DNA from: an uncultured Gammaproteobacteria bacterium | GTDB lineage: Bacteria; Pseudomonadota; Gammaproteobacteria; QNFN01 | Assembly: GCA_964195335.1 (NCBI GenBank) | Contig: CAXMPC010000091.1 | Span: forward strand, 1 to 61,086 | Direction: 5' to 3' | Length of the DNA stretch: 61,086 bases | In this document: positions 36,411-46,971 of the stretch, in pieces | Numbering within the stretch: the stretch's first letter is position 1 | How the letters are laid out: each line of letters begins with the position of its first letter | Program-made: the position numbers and the translations under genes | Notes under the pieces: generated by a model | The model's database searches: none | Told to the model about the DNA's origin: nothing | The model's input: only the letters and a program-made list of their open reading frames with translations

Positions 36411-37225
36411 GCGATAACGCCGACGACCCGAGTTCCCTGCTGCCGGAGGTGTCCCGTCTCGGCCGTGCTGCCGGCGAGGCGATCATGACCATCTACTCCA
36501 CCGAGTTCGCGGTCGAGCACAAGGATGACGACTCACCGCTGACCGCGGCCGACATGGCCGCCCACCACGCCCTGGTCGACGGACTCGCCGCACTGACGCC
36601 GACGCTGCCGCTCCTCTCAGAAGAGTCGGCGCATATTCCCTTCGAGGAGCGTCGGACCTGGAACCGCTACTGGCTGATCGACCCGCTCGACGGCACCCGC
36701 GAGTTCGTCAAGCGCAACGGCGAATTCACCGTCAATATCGCGCTCATCGACCACGGCCGACCGGTGCTCGGGCTGGTCTACGTTCCGGTCACCGGGGTCT
36801 GCTACTTCGCCGTCGCGGGCCAGGGCGCCTACCGGCGTGACGGCAACGGCCCTACCGAGGCGATCCACTGCCGCCCCCTCGGCCCCGGTCCGGTTGCCAT
36901 CGCCGGCAGCCGATCGCACCCGAGCACGCAGCTCGAGGCCTTTCTCACCCGCGTCGGCCCACACGAGATCATGCGTATCGGCAGTTCGCTGAAGTCGTGC
37001 CTGGTGGCCGAAGGCCGCGCCGATCTCTATCCCCGGCTGGGCCTGACCTCGGAGTGGGACACCGCGGCCGCCCAGTGCATCGTCGAAGCGGCCGGCGGCC
37101 GCGTGACCGACACCCGGATGCGGCCGCTGCGATACAACACCAAGGAGTCCCTGCTCAATCCGCACTTCTTTGTTTCTGGGGACCCGAACGAGGACTGGTC
37201 ACGGCACCTGGGCGAGGACGATTGA
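36407..37225 (+). CDS. cysQ: 3'(2'),5'-bisphosphate nucleotidase
   Basis: Inositol-monophosphatase-family motifs (WLIDPLDGTREF; WDTAAAQ). ATGA overlap with nudE. Confidence 0.85.
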   Translation: MSDNADDPSSLLPEVSRLGRAAGEAIMTIYSTEFAVEHKDDDSPLTAADMAAHHALVDGLAALTPTLPLLSEESAHIPFEERRTWNRYWLIDPLDGTREFVKRNGEFTVNIALIDHGRPVLGLVYVPVTGVCYFAVAGQGAYRRDGNGPTEAIHCRPLGPGPVAIAGSRSHPSTQLEAFLTRVGPHEIMRIGSSLKSCLVAEGRADLYPRLGLTSEWDTAAAQCIVEAAGGRVTDTRMRPLRYNTKESLLNPHFFVSGDPNEDWSRHLGEDD

Positions 37226-37280
37226 ACTCGGCCAGGGCAACCCCCACTAAGATAATGGGGATCACCAGCGGAGAGATCGA

Positions 37281-37952
37281 ATGGAAGTCATCGACAGCGT
37301 CGCGCTGAGCCTTGGAGCGGCCTGGGCCAGCGGTATCAACCTCTACGCTGCCCTGTTCATGCTCGGCTTCATGCACAGCGGTGGCTACATCGCCCTGCCG
37401 CCCGACCTGCAGGTCCTGGCCGACCCGCTGGTGCTGGCCGCGGCCGGTTTCATGTACTGCGTCGAGTTCTTTGCCGACAAGACGCCGGGCGTCGACAGCC
37501 TGTGGGACGGCATCCACACCTTCATCCGCATTCCCGCTGGCGCCCTGCTCGCCGCCGGGGCCATGGCCGAATTCGGCCCTGCCGCAGAGCTAGCCGGCCT
37601 GCTGGTCGGAGGCGGCCTGGCGGCCGGCGCCCACACCCTGAAGGCTGGCGGGCGTGTGCTGATCAACACCTCACCCGAGCCCTTCACCAACTGGGGCGCC
37701 TCGATCGGCGAGGACCTGCTGGTGATCGGCGGCCTCTGGGCCGCGCTCTACAATCCTTGGCTGTTCCTCGCCGTGCTGGTCGTGTTCATCATCCTGCTGG
37801 TGTGGCTGCTGCCGAAACTGCTGCGCGCCATCGGCATCATCTTTGCGCGCCTGCGCAGCTGGATTCGCGGCGAGCACCCCCCGCCTCCCGGTCAGCCACC
37901 TCCAACGCACGCCACCAGCGATCCACCGCTGCCGCCACCTGGCCAGCAATGA
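37281..37952 (+). CDS. DUF4126-family inner membrane protein with a Pro-rich C-terminal tail
   Basis: GAAWASGINLYAALFMLG and FADKTPGVDSLWD are typical of DUF4126. Confidence 0.6.
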   Translation: MEVIDSVALSLGAAWASGINLYAALFMLGFMHSGGYIALPPDLQVLADPLVLAAAGFMYCVEFFADKTPGVDSLWDGIHTFIRIPAGALLAAGAMAEFGPAAELAGLLVGGGLAAGAHTLKAGGRVLINTSPEPFTNWGASIGEDLLVIGGLWAALYNPWLFLAVLVVFIILLVWLLPKLLRAIGIIFARLRSWIRGEHPPPPGQPPPTHATSDPPLPPPGQQ

Positions 37953-38725
37953 CCGCGCTGGCGGTCGCTGCCGCCGACGCAAGCCTGAGTGAACCGGCGC
38001 GGCAGCTCGCCACGGAGTTGGGCCTCGCTTACGACCCTGATCCGGCAGCGGCCACCACCCTGCTACTGCGCCTCGATAGCACCGGCCTGATGCTGCAGGA
38101 TCCTGCGAGCGGGGCCTCGCTACGCTGCGAGCTGACCACCGGACGTGCAGGCTACCGTCGCCAGCACGGTGGCGGCGTCAGGCAGGCGCTGGCGCGCGCC
38201 GTCGGCCTGCGTGGCGGTGCCCGACCATCGGTGCTCGACGCCACCGCCGGCCTCGGGCGCGACGGCTTCGAACTGGCCGGCCTCGGCTGCCACGTCACGC
38301 TGCTTGAACGCTCACCGGTGGTCCACGCCCTGCTGCGCGACGGCCTGGCACGGGCGCAAGCCTCGGCCGCTCCCACCTGTGGGCGCATCAACCTGCACCT
38401 CGCCGATGCCGCCGAAGTGCTCATCGGTCTGGCCGGGGACTCGGCCGGACAGCATCCCGACGTTGTCTACCTCGATCCGATGCACCCGCCCCGGGACAAG
38501 ACCGCCCTGGTGCGCAAGGAGATGCGCCTGTTACGCGCCGCCGTCGGCGACGACGCCGATGCCGCGGCCCTGCTCGAACCGGCGCTGGTCGCGGCCCGCC
38601 AGCGCGTGGTGGTGAAACGGCCGCTGCGTGCCGAAGCGCTGGACGGCAGGCCACCCGACTGGTCCGTCAGCGGGCGCACCACCCGCTACGACGTCTACCG
38701 GGTCCCATCGTCCGACGCGGCGTAA
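37949..38725 (+). CDS. rsmJ: 16S rRNA (guanine1516-N2)-methyltransferase
   Basis: VLDATAGLGRDGFELA and VVYLDPMHP motifs. ATGA overlap with the preceding gene. Confidence 0.8.
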   Translation: MTALAVAAADASLSEPARQLATELGLAYDPDPAAATTLLLRLDSTGLMLQDPASGASLRCELTTGRAGYRRQHGGGVRQALARAVGLRGGARPSVLDATAGLGRDGFELAGLGCHVTLLERSPVVHALLRDGLARAQASAAPTCGRINLHLADAAEVLIGLAGDSAGQHPDVVYLDPMHPPRDKTALVRKEMRLLRAAVGDDADAAALLEPALVAARQRVVVKRPLRAEALDGRPPDWSVSGRTTRYDVYRVPSSDAA

Positions 38726-38841
38726 GCGAATTCCTACAAAACTTTCAGCCGCGGCTGTCAGACTGGCGGCGAAATTGCGATCGCGTGTGGCTGCCGGGGC
38801 ATGCAGGATGGCCTGCGCCAACATGGCAAGGAGGCCCACCC

Positions 38842-39024
38842 GTGACCCATTCCCTGTTCAAGCGAACCCGCCCCATCGACCTCGACCGTGAAATCGCCGA
38901 CCTGCGCCAGACCCGCGCTGACCTGTCTCAGGAGCACGTCGAGGACCGCCAGGCCCTCGGCATGATGATCCGCAGTCGCGAACGCCTGCTGCGGCGGCTC
39001 AGCGCCGGCCTGCCTGCCGCCTGA
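38842..39024 (+). CDS. hypothetical small helical protein (60 aa)
   Basis: GTG start with AAGGAGG upstream; strongly GC-biased third positions; no family recognised. Confidence 0.45.
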   Translation: MTHSLFKRTRPIDLDREIADLRQTRADLSQEHVEDRQALGMMIRSRERLLRRLSAGLPAA

Positions 39025-39051
39025 GCGGCAGTCGGCGCCCCCGTCAGCGGT

Positions 39052-39879
39052 TCAACCTGGCCGGGTCAGCCCGGAGCAATCGACCCGCCACGGACCTCCA
39101 GGCCCGTCGAGCCGCACCGCCGTCAGCGCACCACCCCAGAGGCAACCGGTGTCGAGTGCGAGCAGATCCTCGCGGTCAACGTAGCCCAGTGCTGACCAGT
39201 GGCCGCAAACGATACGCTCGCCGGCACTGGCCCGCCCCGGCACCTCGAACCAGGGTAGGCATCCCGGCGGCTGGCTCCCCGGCGGCCCCTTGGAGCCCAG
39301 GACCAAGCGCCCATCACCGGTACAGAATCGCATTCGTGTCAGGCAGTTGGTGACGAAGCGCAGGCGTGCCCAGCCCTCCAGGTCAGCGTCCCAACGCTTC
39401 GGCTTATCGCCGTACATATGACCGAAATAGGCGTCGCGGTCACCATCACGCAGCACGGCCTCGACCTCGGACGCCAACTCGCGGGCGGTGGCGACCGACC
39501 ACTGCGGCGGCAGTCCGGCATGCAGCATGGTCAGGCCAAGGCCGGAATCGTGGTGCAGCAGCGGCCGGCCCTGCAGCCAGGCGAGCAGTTCATCGCAATC
39601 GGGCGCGTCGAGTACCGCCTGCAGCGTGTCCTTGCGCTTCAGTGGCGACCTGCCGCGGGCGACGGCAAGCAGGTGGAGATCGTGGTTGCCGAGCACGGTC
39701 ACTGCGCGGTCGCCCAGATCGCGGACCAGACGGAGTGTCGCCAGCGACTCTGGCCCGCGGTTGACCAGGTCACCGGTGAACCAGAGCGTGTCCGCAGCCG
39801 GGTCGAAGCGCAGGGCATCGAGCAGAGTCCGCAGCTCGTCGAAACAGCCCTGGACGTCGCCTATGGCATAGAGCGCCAT
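39052..39879 (-). CDS. apaH: bis(5'-nucleosyl)-tetraphosphatase (symmetrical)
   Basis: MALYAIGDVQGCFDEL, GDLVNRGP and GNHD metallophosphatase motifs. Confidence 0.9.
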   Translation of the reverse strand: MALYAIGDVQGCFDELRTLLDALRFDPAADTLWFTGDLVNRGPESLATLRLVRDLGDRAVTVLGNHDLHLLAVARGRSPLKRKDTLQAVLDAPDCDELLAWLQGRPLLHHDSGLGLTMLHAGLPPQWSVATARELASEVEAVLRDGDRDAYFGHMYGDKPKRWDADLEGWARLRFVTNCLTRMRFCTGDGRLVLGSKGPPGSQPPGCLPWFEVPGRASAGERIVCGHWSALGYVDREDLLALDTGCLWGGALTAVRLDGPGGPWRVDCSGLTRPG

Positions 39880-39891
39880 GCCGCCTCTGTA

Positions 39892-40893
39892 TCAGCAGGC
39901 AGCAGCGCGGTGAGCGTCGCGGATCGCCAGCCGTGCCGCCCCGAGCAGGCCGACCCGGTGCTCGGTGATGACCTTCAGCGGCAACCGCGCCACCAGTGCC
40001 GACATCGGCCCCTGTTCGCGGAACGCCTCGAGGAAGCCGCCGCGCATGGTCTCGACGATGCACGGCGCGATGCCACCGGCGATGTAGACCCCCCCGGTCG
40101 CCAGGCTGGCCAGGGCGAAGTGACCGGCCTGGGCCCCGTAGACGCGCCCGAACAGGGCCAGGGTGCGCACCGCGATCGGGTCGCTGCCGTTCAGCGCCCT
40201 GGTGGTGATGCCCTCGGCGGCGGCGTTGGGGCCGGGCCAGACGGTGGCGGGACGATCGGCTTCATGACTCTCGAAAAAGCGGTAGACGCGCGCCAGGCCG
40301 GGGCCGGAGAGGATGTGCTCGCAGGAGACCCGACCGAGGTCGGTGCGTAGCCACTGCCACAATTCGAGCTGCTCATCGTCGAGCGGGGCGAAGGCCACGT
40401 GACCGGCCTCCGAGGGCAGGCACCGCAACTGTTCGCCACGACCGACCAGGATGGCGTGACCCAGCCCGGTGCCGGCGCCGATCACGGCACGCGAGCCGCC
40501 CGGCTCCGGCTCTCCCGCCTGGAGGACGGTTCGGTGACCTATATCGACTTCGTCGACGCCGTAGGCCGCGGCGACGAAGTCGTTGACCAGCCGGCAGTTG
40601 CCGACCTGCAACCGCTCGGCGACCGCCTTGCTGTCGAGGGTCCAGGGCAGGTTGGTAACGTTGGCCACCTGGCGCCCGTCGCGGGTGGTCACCGGCCCGG
40701 CAACGGCAATGCAGGCGGTGCGCAATCCGTCGGTGTCGGCCTTCTCCAGGTAACGCTCGAGCAACGCCTCGAAGCTGTCGAACTCATCGCTGGCGTACCG
40801 CCGCTCGCACACCACCAGCGGCCATTCGCCACCGAGTTCGACCAGCTGAAGCAGGGTCTTGGTGCCCCCAAGATCGACGGCCAGTACCTTCAT
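39892..40893 (-). CDS. glk: glucokinase
   Basis: VDLGGTKT N-terminus and GGVYIAGGIAP...VGLLGAA C-terminus, typical of Glk. Start at ATG 40893. Confidence 0.85.
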   Translation of the reverse strand: MKVLAVDLGGTKTLLQLVELGGEWPLVVCERRYASDEFDSFEALLERYLEKADTDGLRTACIAVAGPVTTRDGRQVANVTNLPWTLDSKAVAERLQVGNCRLVNDFVAAAYGVDEVDIGHRTVLQAGEPEPGGSRAVIGAGTGLGHAILVGRGEQLRCLPSEAGHVAFAPLDDEQLELWQWLRTDLGRVSCEHILSGPGLARVYRFFESHEADRPATVWPGPNAAAEGITTRALNGSDPIAVRTLALFGRVYGAQAGHFALASLATGGVYIAGGIAPCIVETMRGGFLEAFREQGPMSALVARLPLKVITEHRVGLLGAARLAIRDAHRAAAC

Positions 40894-41101
40894 GCCCTCT
40901 CCGACGTCACATCCCGTCCCCCTATCCTGCCGGGCCGTATTCAACCCGGGCGGCGCGGACCACGAAGCATAACCCATCCACCGACCGCGCCCGCCCACAT
41001 GGTGTTTCGCGGCCCCAGGGGAGGCGCGCTAGAATGGCGTGGGTGGACGACCCCGCCCCGCACCCGATTCCATACCCAAACTTCCGTTTACTCCAAGGAC
41101 T

Positions 41102-42250
41102 ATGATGGCCATCCCGTTTCGCGCCCTTACGGCGATCGCGCTGCTGCTGATCGCCGGCACCCTCGCTGCCGCCCCCCTGCCCGTCCCTACAGCACCCCAG
41201 CTGGGTGCCCGCAGCTGGTTGCTGCAGGACATGCACAGCGGCCGGGTGCTCGCCGATAAAGAGGCCGACCTACCGGTCGAGCCAGCAAGCATCACCAAGA
41301 TCATGACCGTCTACGCCGTGCTGCACGAACTGCAAGCCGGGAACCTGGCCCTCACCGACCAGGTCACCATCAGCAAGAAGGCGTGGCGCATGGAGGGGTC
41401 ACGGATGTTCATCGAGGTCGGCAAACAGGTGCCGGTCGAAGCACTGCTCAAGGGGGTGATCATCCAGTCCGGCAACGATGCCAGCGTCGCCCTGGCCGAG
41501 CACGTGGCCGGGGACGAGACCACCTTCGCCGCGCTGATGAATCGGCACGCGGATCGTCTCGGCATGACCGGGTCGAACTTCGTCAACAGCACCGGCCTGC
41601 CCGATCCGCAGCACATGACCACGGCACGCGACATTGCCATCGTGACGCGGGCGCTGATCCTCGAGTTCCCTGAGTACTACGCCTGGTTTGCCGAGCGCGA
41701 GATGACCTTCAACGGTATCAAGCAGCACAACCGCAACCGCCTGCTCTGGCGCGACACCTCGGTAGACGGGGTCAAGACCGGCCATACCAAGGCGGCCGGC
41801 TACTGCCTCGCTTCCTCGGCCGAACGTGACGGCATGCGCCTGGTCGCGGTGGTGCTCGGCGCCGACAGCGAGGAGGCTCGCGCCCAGCAGAGCCTGAGCC
41901 TGCTCAACTACGGCTTCCGTTTCTTCGAGACCCACCGTCTCTACCAGGCCGGCCAGACGGTCACCGAGGTGCGGCTGTGGAAGGGCGCGCAGGAGACCCT
42001 GCCGCTCGGCCTGGCCGGCAGCGACCTGTGGGTTACCGTGCCCCGCGGTCGCTACAAGCAATTGCAGCCGGGCATGGAGGTCGAGCGCCAGATCTCCGCC
42101 CCGGTCACCCGTGGCCAGGAATACGGCACCCTGTCGATACGCCTCGGCGACGAGGTAATCGCCACGGCCCCGCTGGTGGCACTGCAGCAGGTCGCCGAGG
42201 GCAGCCTGTGGCAGCAACTCAGCGACAGCGCGCGCCTGTGGTTCGAGTGA
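41102..42250 (+). CDS. dacC: D-alanyl-D-alanine carboxypeptidase (PBP5/6 class)
   Basis: Signal peptide plus the SITK active site, SGND and KTGHT motifs. Confidence 0.9.
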   Translation: MMAIPFRALTAIALLLIAGTLAAAPLPVPTAPQLGARSWLLQDMHSGRVLADKEADLPVEPASITKIMTVYAVLHELQAGNLALTDQVTISKKAWRMEGSRMFIEVGKQVPVEALLKGVIIQSGNDASVALAEHVAGDETTFAALMNRHADRLGMTGSNFVNSTGLPDPQHMTTARDIAIVTRALILEFPEYYAWFAEREMTFNGIKQHNRNRLLWRDTSVDGVKTGHTKAAGYCLASSAERDGMRLVAVVLGADSEEARAQQSLSLLNYGFRFFETHRLYQAGQTVTEVRLWKGAQETLPLGLAGSDLWVTVPRGRYKQLQPGMEVERQISAPVTRGQEYGTLSIRLGDEVIATAPLVALQQVAEGSLWQQLSDSARLWFE

Positions 42251-42259
42251 GGTAGCGGC

Positions 42260-43129
42260 ATGGCCCAGCCTGAACAGAGCATCGGCTGGCTCGACGGCCG
42301 CCTGCTGCCACTGGACGAAATGCGCGTCCCGGTCCTCGACCGCGGTTTCCTGTTCGGCGACGGCGTCTACGAGGTGATCCCGGTCTACGGCGGCCACCCG
42401 TGCCGCATGGACGAACATCTCGACCGGCTCGCGGCCAGCCTCGCCGCGACCGCCATCCCCGACCCCCACGACCGTAACGGTTGGCGGCAGCTGCTAGGGC
42501 AGGTGACCGACGCCAACGGCGGCGGCGATCTCGCCCTCTACCTGCAGGTGACCCGCGGCGTGGCCCCGAAGCGTGACCATGCCATCGCTCCCGGACTGGT
42601 ACCTACGGTCTTTGCCATGGCGATGCCGCTGCCGGAGCGTTCAACGGACTCGCAGCAGCGCTGCATCACCGCGGTCACACTGCCCGATACCCGCTGGGCC
42701 CACTGCCAGATCAAGGCGACCACGCTGCTCGCCAACGTGATGCAGAAACAGCAGGCGGCAGAACAGGGTGCCGGCGAGGCACTGCTGGTGCGCGACGGAT
42801 TGGTGATCGAGGCGACCGCCAGCAACGTCTTCGCCGTGCTCGACGGCGTGCTGGTGACGCCACCGGTCGATCCCGGAATGCTGACTGGCGTCACCCGGGG
42901 CCTGGTATTGGAACTCGCCGCCGGCGCCGGCATCGAATACCGAGAGGCCAAGCTGCCGGCAGAGCACCTGCCCGTGGCGAGCGAAATCTGGGTCACCAGC
43001 TCCACCCGCGAAGTGAGCCCGGTGACGGAGCTCGATGGCCAACCGGTCGGCAATGGCCGTCCGGGACCACTGTGGCGAGATATCGACCGCCTCTACCAAG
43101 AGTACAAGGCCACTCTGGGAGCCGCCTGA
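42260..43129 (+). CDS. dat: class IV aminotransferase, D-amino-acid transaminase-like
   Basis: DRGFLFGDGVYEVIPVY...HLDRL pattern; 289 aa. Confidence 0.7.
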   Translation: MAQPEQSIGWLDGRLLPLDEMRVPVLDRGFLFGDGVYEVIPVYGGHPCRMDEHLDRLAASLAATAIPDPHDRNGWRQLLGQVTDANGGGDLALYLQVTRGVAPKRDHAIAPGLVPTVFAMAMPLPERSTDSQQRCITAVTLPDTRWAHCQIKATTLLANVMQKQQAAEQGAGEALLVRDGLVIEATASNVFAVLDGVLVTPPVDPGMLTGVTRGLVLELAAGAGIEYREAKLPAEHLPVASEIWVTSSTREVSPVTELDGQPVGNGRPGPLWRDIDRLYQEYKATLGAA

Positions 43130-43141
43130 GCCAAGCCCGCG

Positions 43142-43411
43142 ATGAGCAGCGATGATGACACCCTGTTCGACTTCCCGTGCCGCTTTCCAATCAAGGCGAT
43201 GGGTCGCGACGAGGACGACTTCGAGACCACCGTGGTCGGCATCGTGCGCCGTCACGTGCCTGATCTCGGCGAGGGGGCCGTCACCACCCAACCGAGCCGC
43301 AAAGGTCGCTTCGTCTCGGTCACGGTCACCTTCACCGCCACCAGCCGCGACCAGCTCGACGCCATCTACGCCGACCTGACCGCCCACGACCAGGTCCTAA
43401 TGGCGCTGTGA
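43142..43411 (+). CDS. ybeD: YbeD/DUF493 family protein
   Basis: [11 protein letters not shown] motif; upstream of lipB as in other gammaproteobacteria. Confidence 0.85.
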   Translation: MSSDDDTLFDFPCRFPIKAMGRDEDDFETTVVGIVRRHVPDLGEGAVTTQPSRKGRFVSVTVTFTATSRDQLDAIYADLTAHDQVLMAL

Positions 43412-44073
43412 TCGACACTTCCGACCCCATCCTGCGTCGTCTCGGCCGACGGGATTACCTGCCGGTCTGGCAACAGATGCAGGCCTTTACCGACAACCGT
43501 GACACCGACACACCCGACGAACTCTGGCTGGTCGAGCATCCGCCGGTCTTCACCCAGGGCATGAACGGCAAACCGGAACACCTGCTCGACCCGGGCGACA
43601 TCCCGGTGGTGCCGGTCGACCGCGGTGGCCAGGTGACCTACCACGGCCCCGGCCAGGTGGTCGCCTATCCGCTGCTCGACCTGCGTCGGCGCGGTCTCGG
43701 TGTGCGTGAACTGGTGCAACGTCTCGAGTTCGGTGTCATCGACCTGCTGGCCGGGTACGGCATCGAGGCGATCGGCCGCCGTGATGCCCCCGGGGTCTAC
43801 GTCGACGGGCGCAAGATTGCCTCGCTCGGGCTGCGCGTGCGCCACGGCTGCAGCTATCACGGCCTCAGCCTGAACGTCGCCATGGACCTGGCGCCGTTCG
43901 AGCGCATCAACCCCTGCGGCTACCCGGGGCTCGAGGTGACGCGCACTGCCGACCTCGGTGGCCCCACGACCTGGGACGAGGCGGCGACCGCCCTGGTTCC
44001 CTACCTGTTGCGCCAGCTGGCGCGGCCCACGACACCCGTCGCCGCCATCGGCGATGAGGAGACCAACGCATGA
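43408..44073 (+). CDS. lipB: lipoyl(octanoyl) transferase
   Basis: [26 protein letters not shown] and KIASLG motifs. Confidence 0.92.
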   Translation: MIDTSDPILRRLGRRDYLPVWQQMQAFTDNRDTDTPDELWLVEHPPVFTQGMNGKPEHLLDPGDIPVVPVDRGGQVTYHGPGQVVAYPLLDLRRRGLGVRELVQRLEFGVIDLLAGYGIEAIGRRDAPGVYVDGRKIASLGLRVRHGCSYHGLSLNVAMDLAPFERINPCGYPGLEVTRTADLGGPTTWDEAATALVPYLLRQLARPTTPVAAIGDEETNA

Positions 44074-45023
44074 GTGAGCGACCGGAATCCCCCGTCAAGC
44101 AGCGCGGCAGCGACAAGACCGCGCGCATCCCGGTCAAGGTCGACGCCACCCGGCCACGACTACGCAAGCCGGACTGGATTCGCGTACGCGTACCGGCCGG
44201 CGGCGAGGTCGAACGCCTGAAAGGAATCCTGCGCAAGCAGAAGCTGCACACCGTCTGCGAAGAAGCGGCCTGCCCCAACCTCGGCGAATGCTTCGGCAAC
44301 GGCACCGCCACCTTCCTGGTCATGGGCGACATCTGCACCCGGCGCTGCCCGTTCTGCGACGTCGCCCACGGCAAGCCGCTGGCGCTCGACCCCGAAGAGC
44401 CGGCGCACCTGGCCGAGACGGTCAAGGCGATGGGACTGCGCTTCGTGGTCATCACCTCGGTCGACCGCGACGACCTCCGCGACGGCGGCGCCGATCACAT
44501 CGCCGCCTGCGTACGCGCGGCGCGTGAAGCCGTCCCCGGCATCCACGTCGAGACCCTGGTACCTGATTTCCGCGGTCGCGAGTCGGTGGCGGTCGAACGC
44601 CTGCTGGCCGACCCGCCCGATGTCTTCAACCACAACCTCGAAACCGTGCCACGGCTCTACCGCGCCGCCCGCCCCGGTGCCGACTACGGCGGTTCGCTGA
44701 AGCTGCTAGAGGCGTTCGGCCAGGCGTGCCCCGACGTGCCGACCAAGTCGGGACTGATGGTCGGGCTCGGTGAGACGATCGAGGAGGTCGAGGAAGTTCT
44801 CGTGGACCTGCGTAGCCACGGCGTGCGCATGCTGACCGTCGGCCAGTACCTGCAACCGCGGGCCGGCAACCTCGCCGTCGAGCGCTACGTCACGCCGGAG
44901 GAGTTCGACCGCCTCGCCGAGCGCGCCAGGGAACTCGGCTTCGAAGCGGTCGCCAGCGGCCCGCTGGTGCGTTCCTCCTACCACGCCGAGCAGCAGGCGG
45001 CGCGGCTGGTCAACGAAGACTAG
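44070..45023 (+). CDS. lipA: lipoyl synthase
   Basis: [12 protein letters not shown] and radical-SAM CTRRCPFC motifs. Confidence 0.95.
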   Translation: MSERPESPVKQRGSDKTARIPVKVDATRPRLRKPDWIRVRVPAGGEVERLKGILRKQKLHTVCEEAACPNLGECFGNGTATFLVMGDICTRRCPFCDVAHGKPLALDPEEPAHLAETVKAMGLRFVVITSVDRDDLRDGGADHIAACVRAAREAVPGIHVETLVPDFRGRESVAVERLLADPPDVFNHNLETVPRLYRAARPGADYGGSLKLLEAFGQACPDVPTKSGLMVGLGETIEEVEEVLVDLRSHGVRMLTVGQYLQPRAGNLAVERYVTPEEFDRLAERARELGFEAVASGPLVRSSYHAEQQAARLVNED

Positions 45024-45166
45024 CAGGCTGTTGAAATTCTACTCAGCTGGCACGATCCAGCGTCAAAATTGACCTCAAAATGCTCACTTACTCCAGTAAA
45101 CTGCGCTTTCTCGGCCAATTTTTCCTTGCCTCGCACTCACCTGAGCAAATTTCAACTGCCTGCTAG
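45020..45166. mobile_element. MITE-like, AT-rich 147-bp element with 19-bp terminal inverted repeats (18/19) and further imperfect internal symmetry
   Basis: CTAGCAGGCTGTTGAAATT (45020-45038) versus AATTTCAACTGCCTGCTAG (45148-45166). Internal hairpins GCTGG-cacgat-CCAGC and GTCAA-aa-TTGAC. GC is visibly far below the surroundings. Lies between convergent lipA and the prx-like gene, and the lipA TAG stop (45021-45023) is inside the left repeat. Confidence 0.55.
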
Positions 45167-45173
45167 GTTCCAG

Positions 45174-45707
45174 TCACGCCTCGCCGCGTGCGGGGTAGTC
45201 GTTCTTGATGATGAAGTCGAGCGCCCCGAGGATCTCCTTGAAGTGGGTGCGGGCGAACGGCATGGTGTTGACCGAGCCCATGTAGAGCGTCCCGTCAGGG
45301 CGCACCGCGAACACCCCCGGCTCGCTGAACAGGTCCGGTTCGACGATACCGAGCGAGGTCTTGCCGCGGCTGGTCGAGACGTATAGGCCCCACTCCCGCG
45401 CTTTGTCGATCGTGAGGCCGTAACCGACCGGGAGGTTCTCCAGTCCCCAGTCGGCGACCGTCGCCTCGGCCCGTTCCAGGGTGTCGCTGCTCAGGGTCAC
45501 CACGCTGACACCACGTTCGGCGAAATCACCGGCGAGGCGGTCGAATTCCTTGACGTAGGTCTTGCAGATCGGGCAGTGCTGGCCGCGATAGAAACAGATC
45601 AGGGTGAAATGTTCCGGTGCCTGGTCGGCGAGACGCCACTGCCCCCCTCCGACCAGCGGCACTTCGAGATCGGGCACGGGTTGTCTCGGCATCAGCTTGC
45701 TCATCAA
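45174..45707 (-). CDS. peroxiredoxin-like (AhpC/TSA-fold) protein
   Basis: FYRGQHCPICKTY redox motif; 177 aa. Confidence 0.7.
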   Translation of the reverse strand: MMSKLMPRQPVPDLEVPLVGGGQWRLADQAPEHFTLICFYRGQHCPICKTYVKEFDRLAGDFAERGVSVVTLSSDTLERAEATVADWGLENLPVGYGLTIDKAREWGLYVSTSRGKTSLGIVEPDLFSEPGVFAVRPDGTLYMGSVNTMPFARTHFKEILGALDFIIKNDYPARGEA

Positions 45708-45895
45708 TCGTCTCCTGGAGTGGATCGGGGATCGCGGTGGCGGCTGCCGACCGGTGACTTCAAGCTTAGCCGCCGCCTCGATGATGACAAATGTTCCGAG
45801 TCAAACAGTCCCCATTGACCCGCGTGCGATCACTGCTCGTTCAGGACCACACCTTCGCCGGTCTTTCGAGGCGTCCCTCAGCATTGGGTCCCGCA

Positions 45896-46963
45896 TCATC
45901 CAAGCCAGGTCTCCAGCGCCAGGGCAATGGTGGCGGCCCCATCTGGAGTCGGTCGGGTCGGGATTGGCAGGGCCCACAGATCGTTCAGGACCTCACCGAA
46001 ATCGCCGCGCTCGACCTGGTCACGGCTCACCTCGATACAGCGGCCATGGCCGTGCAACCAGGCGAGCAGTGGTGCCGACTCGGGCCAGTCGGCACGCGGC
46101 AGGGCCAGCACCGGCACGCCGTGGCAGGCCGCCTCAGCGAACAGGCCATAGCCGGGTTTGGCCAACAGGGCATCGCACGAGGCGAGCAGGTCGACGAACG
46201 GCATCCCGAGCGGCTCGAACGGGTGGATGTCGGCGCGGCTGATCTCCCAGTCGGATTGAACCAGCCAGTGCACTCCCGGCAATCTCGGCCACGCCACCAT
46301 GGGCAATCGTGTCGGCATACCGCCAAGCGCCACCATGACCAGGCGATCCCCGTCGTCGAGTCCTAGCGCACGGCGTAACTCACCACGGCGGTCAGCGCCA
46401 AGCACTGCGATCGGTCCGACGTCGGTCACGTTACCGAGTTCGGGCATCGTCATCGCCGGCGCCGGCCGATAGAAGTGCTCCGCAGCGCCATAGGCCTCGA
46501 GGATCTGCGCGTTGACGCCACCCTCTTCCGGGCAGTAGGCGGCGTGGATCGCACCCCAGTGCAGCGAACAGACGGCGACCGCCGGGATGCCGGCGCGCGA
46601 CGCGGCCGCCAACGCCAGGTAGGGGACGTCGGCGAGCAGCAGGTCCGGCCGTGCCCGACGCAGGCGCATGGCCGCCCATTCGATGCGGGCGGGCCAGTCA
46701 CGGTGGAACGCACGGTAGGCACTGCAGCTCGCCTTCACGTCTACCGCCAGGGCGTCGACCATCACCATGCCGACATCCGCCGGGGCCGTGACATGCTCGA
46801 ACGGTGGCGGCACGAAACGACGTTCGAGCAGAGCGCGCGGCAGCGCACTCTCGACCGTCAGTCGCAGGTTGGGGAACCGCTGGCGCAGGGCGGCAACGAT
46901 TGGTGATGCCTGGGCTGCGTGACCGAAGCCGTGGGCCGACAGGGCGAGCCAGAGATGGGGCAT
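45896..46963 (-). CDS. GT-B fold glycosyltransferase-like protein (MurG/GT28- or GT1-like), uncharacterised
   Basis: N-terminal SAHGFGHAAQ loop and C-terminal KPGYGLFAEAACHGVPVLALPR, typical of GT-B nucleotide-sugar transferases. Last gene of the amgK operon. Confidence 0.55.
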   Translation of the reverse strand: MPHLWLALSAHGFGHAAQASPIVAALRQRFPNLRLTVESALPRALLERRFVPPPFEHVTAPADVGMVMVDALAVDVKASCSAYRAFHRDWPARIEWAAMRLRRARPDLLLADVPYLALAAASRAGIPAVAVCSLHWGAIHAAYCPEEGGVNAQILEAYGAAEHFYRPAPAMTMPELGNVTDVGPIAVLGADRRGELRRALGLDDGDRLVMVALGGMPTRLPMVAWPRLPGVHWLVQSDWEISRADIHPFEPLGMPFVDLLASCDALLAKPGYGLFAEAACHGVPVLALPRADWPESAPLLAWLHGHGRCIEVSRDQVERGDFGEVLNDLWALPIPTRPTPDGAATIALALETWLG

Positions 46964-46971
46964 GATCGGTC

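Noticed and set aside
45048-45062. TGGCAC-N5-AGCG inside the MITE-like element, resembling a sigma54 -24 box
   Set aside because: The -12 element (TTGC) is missing and there is no downstream gene in that orientation.
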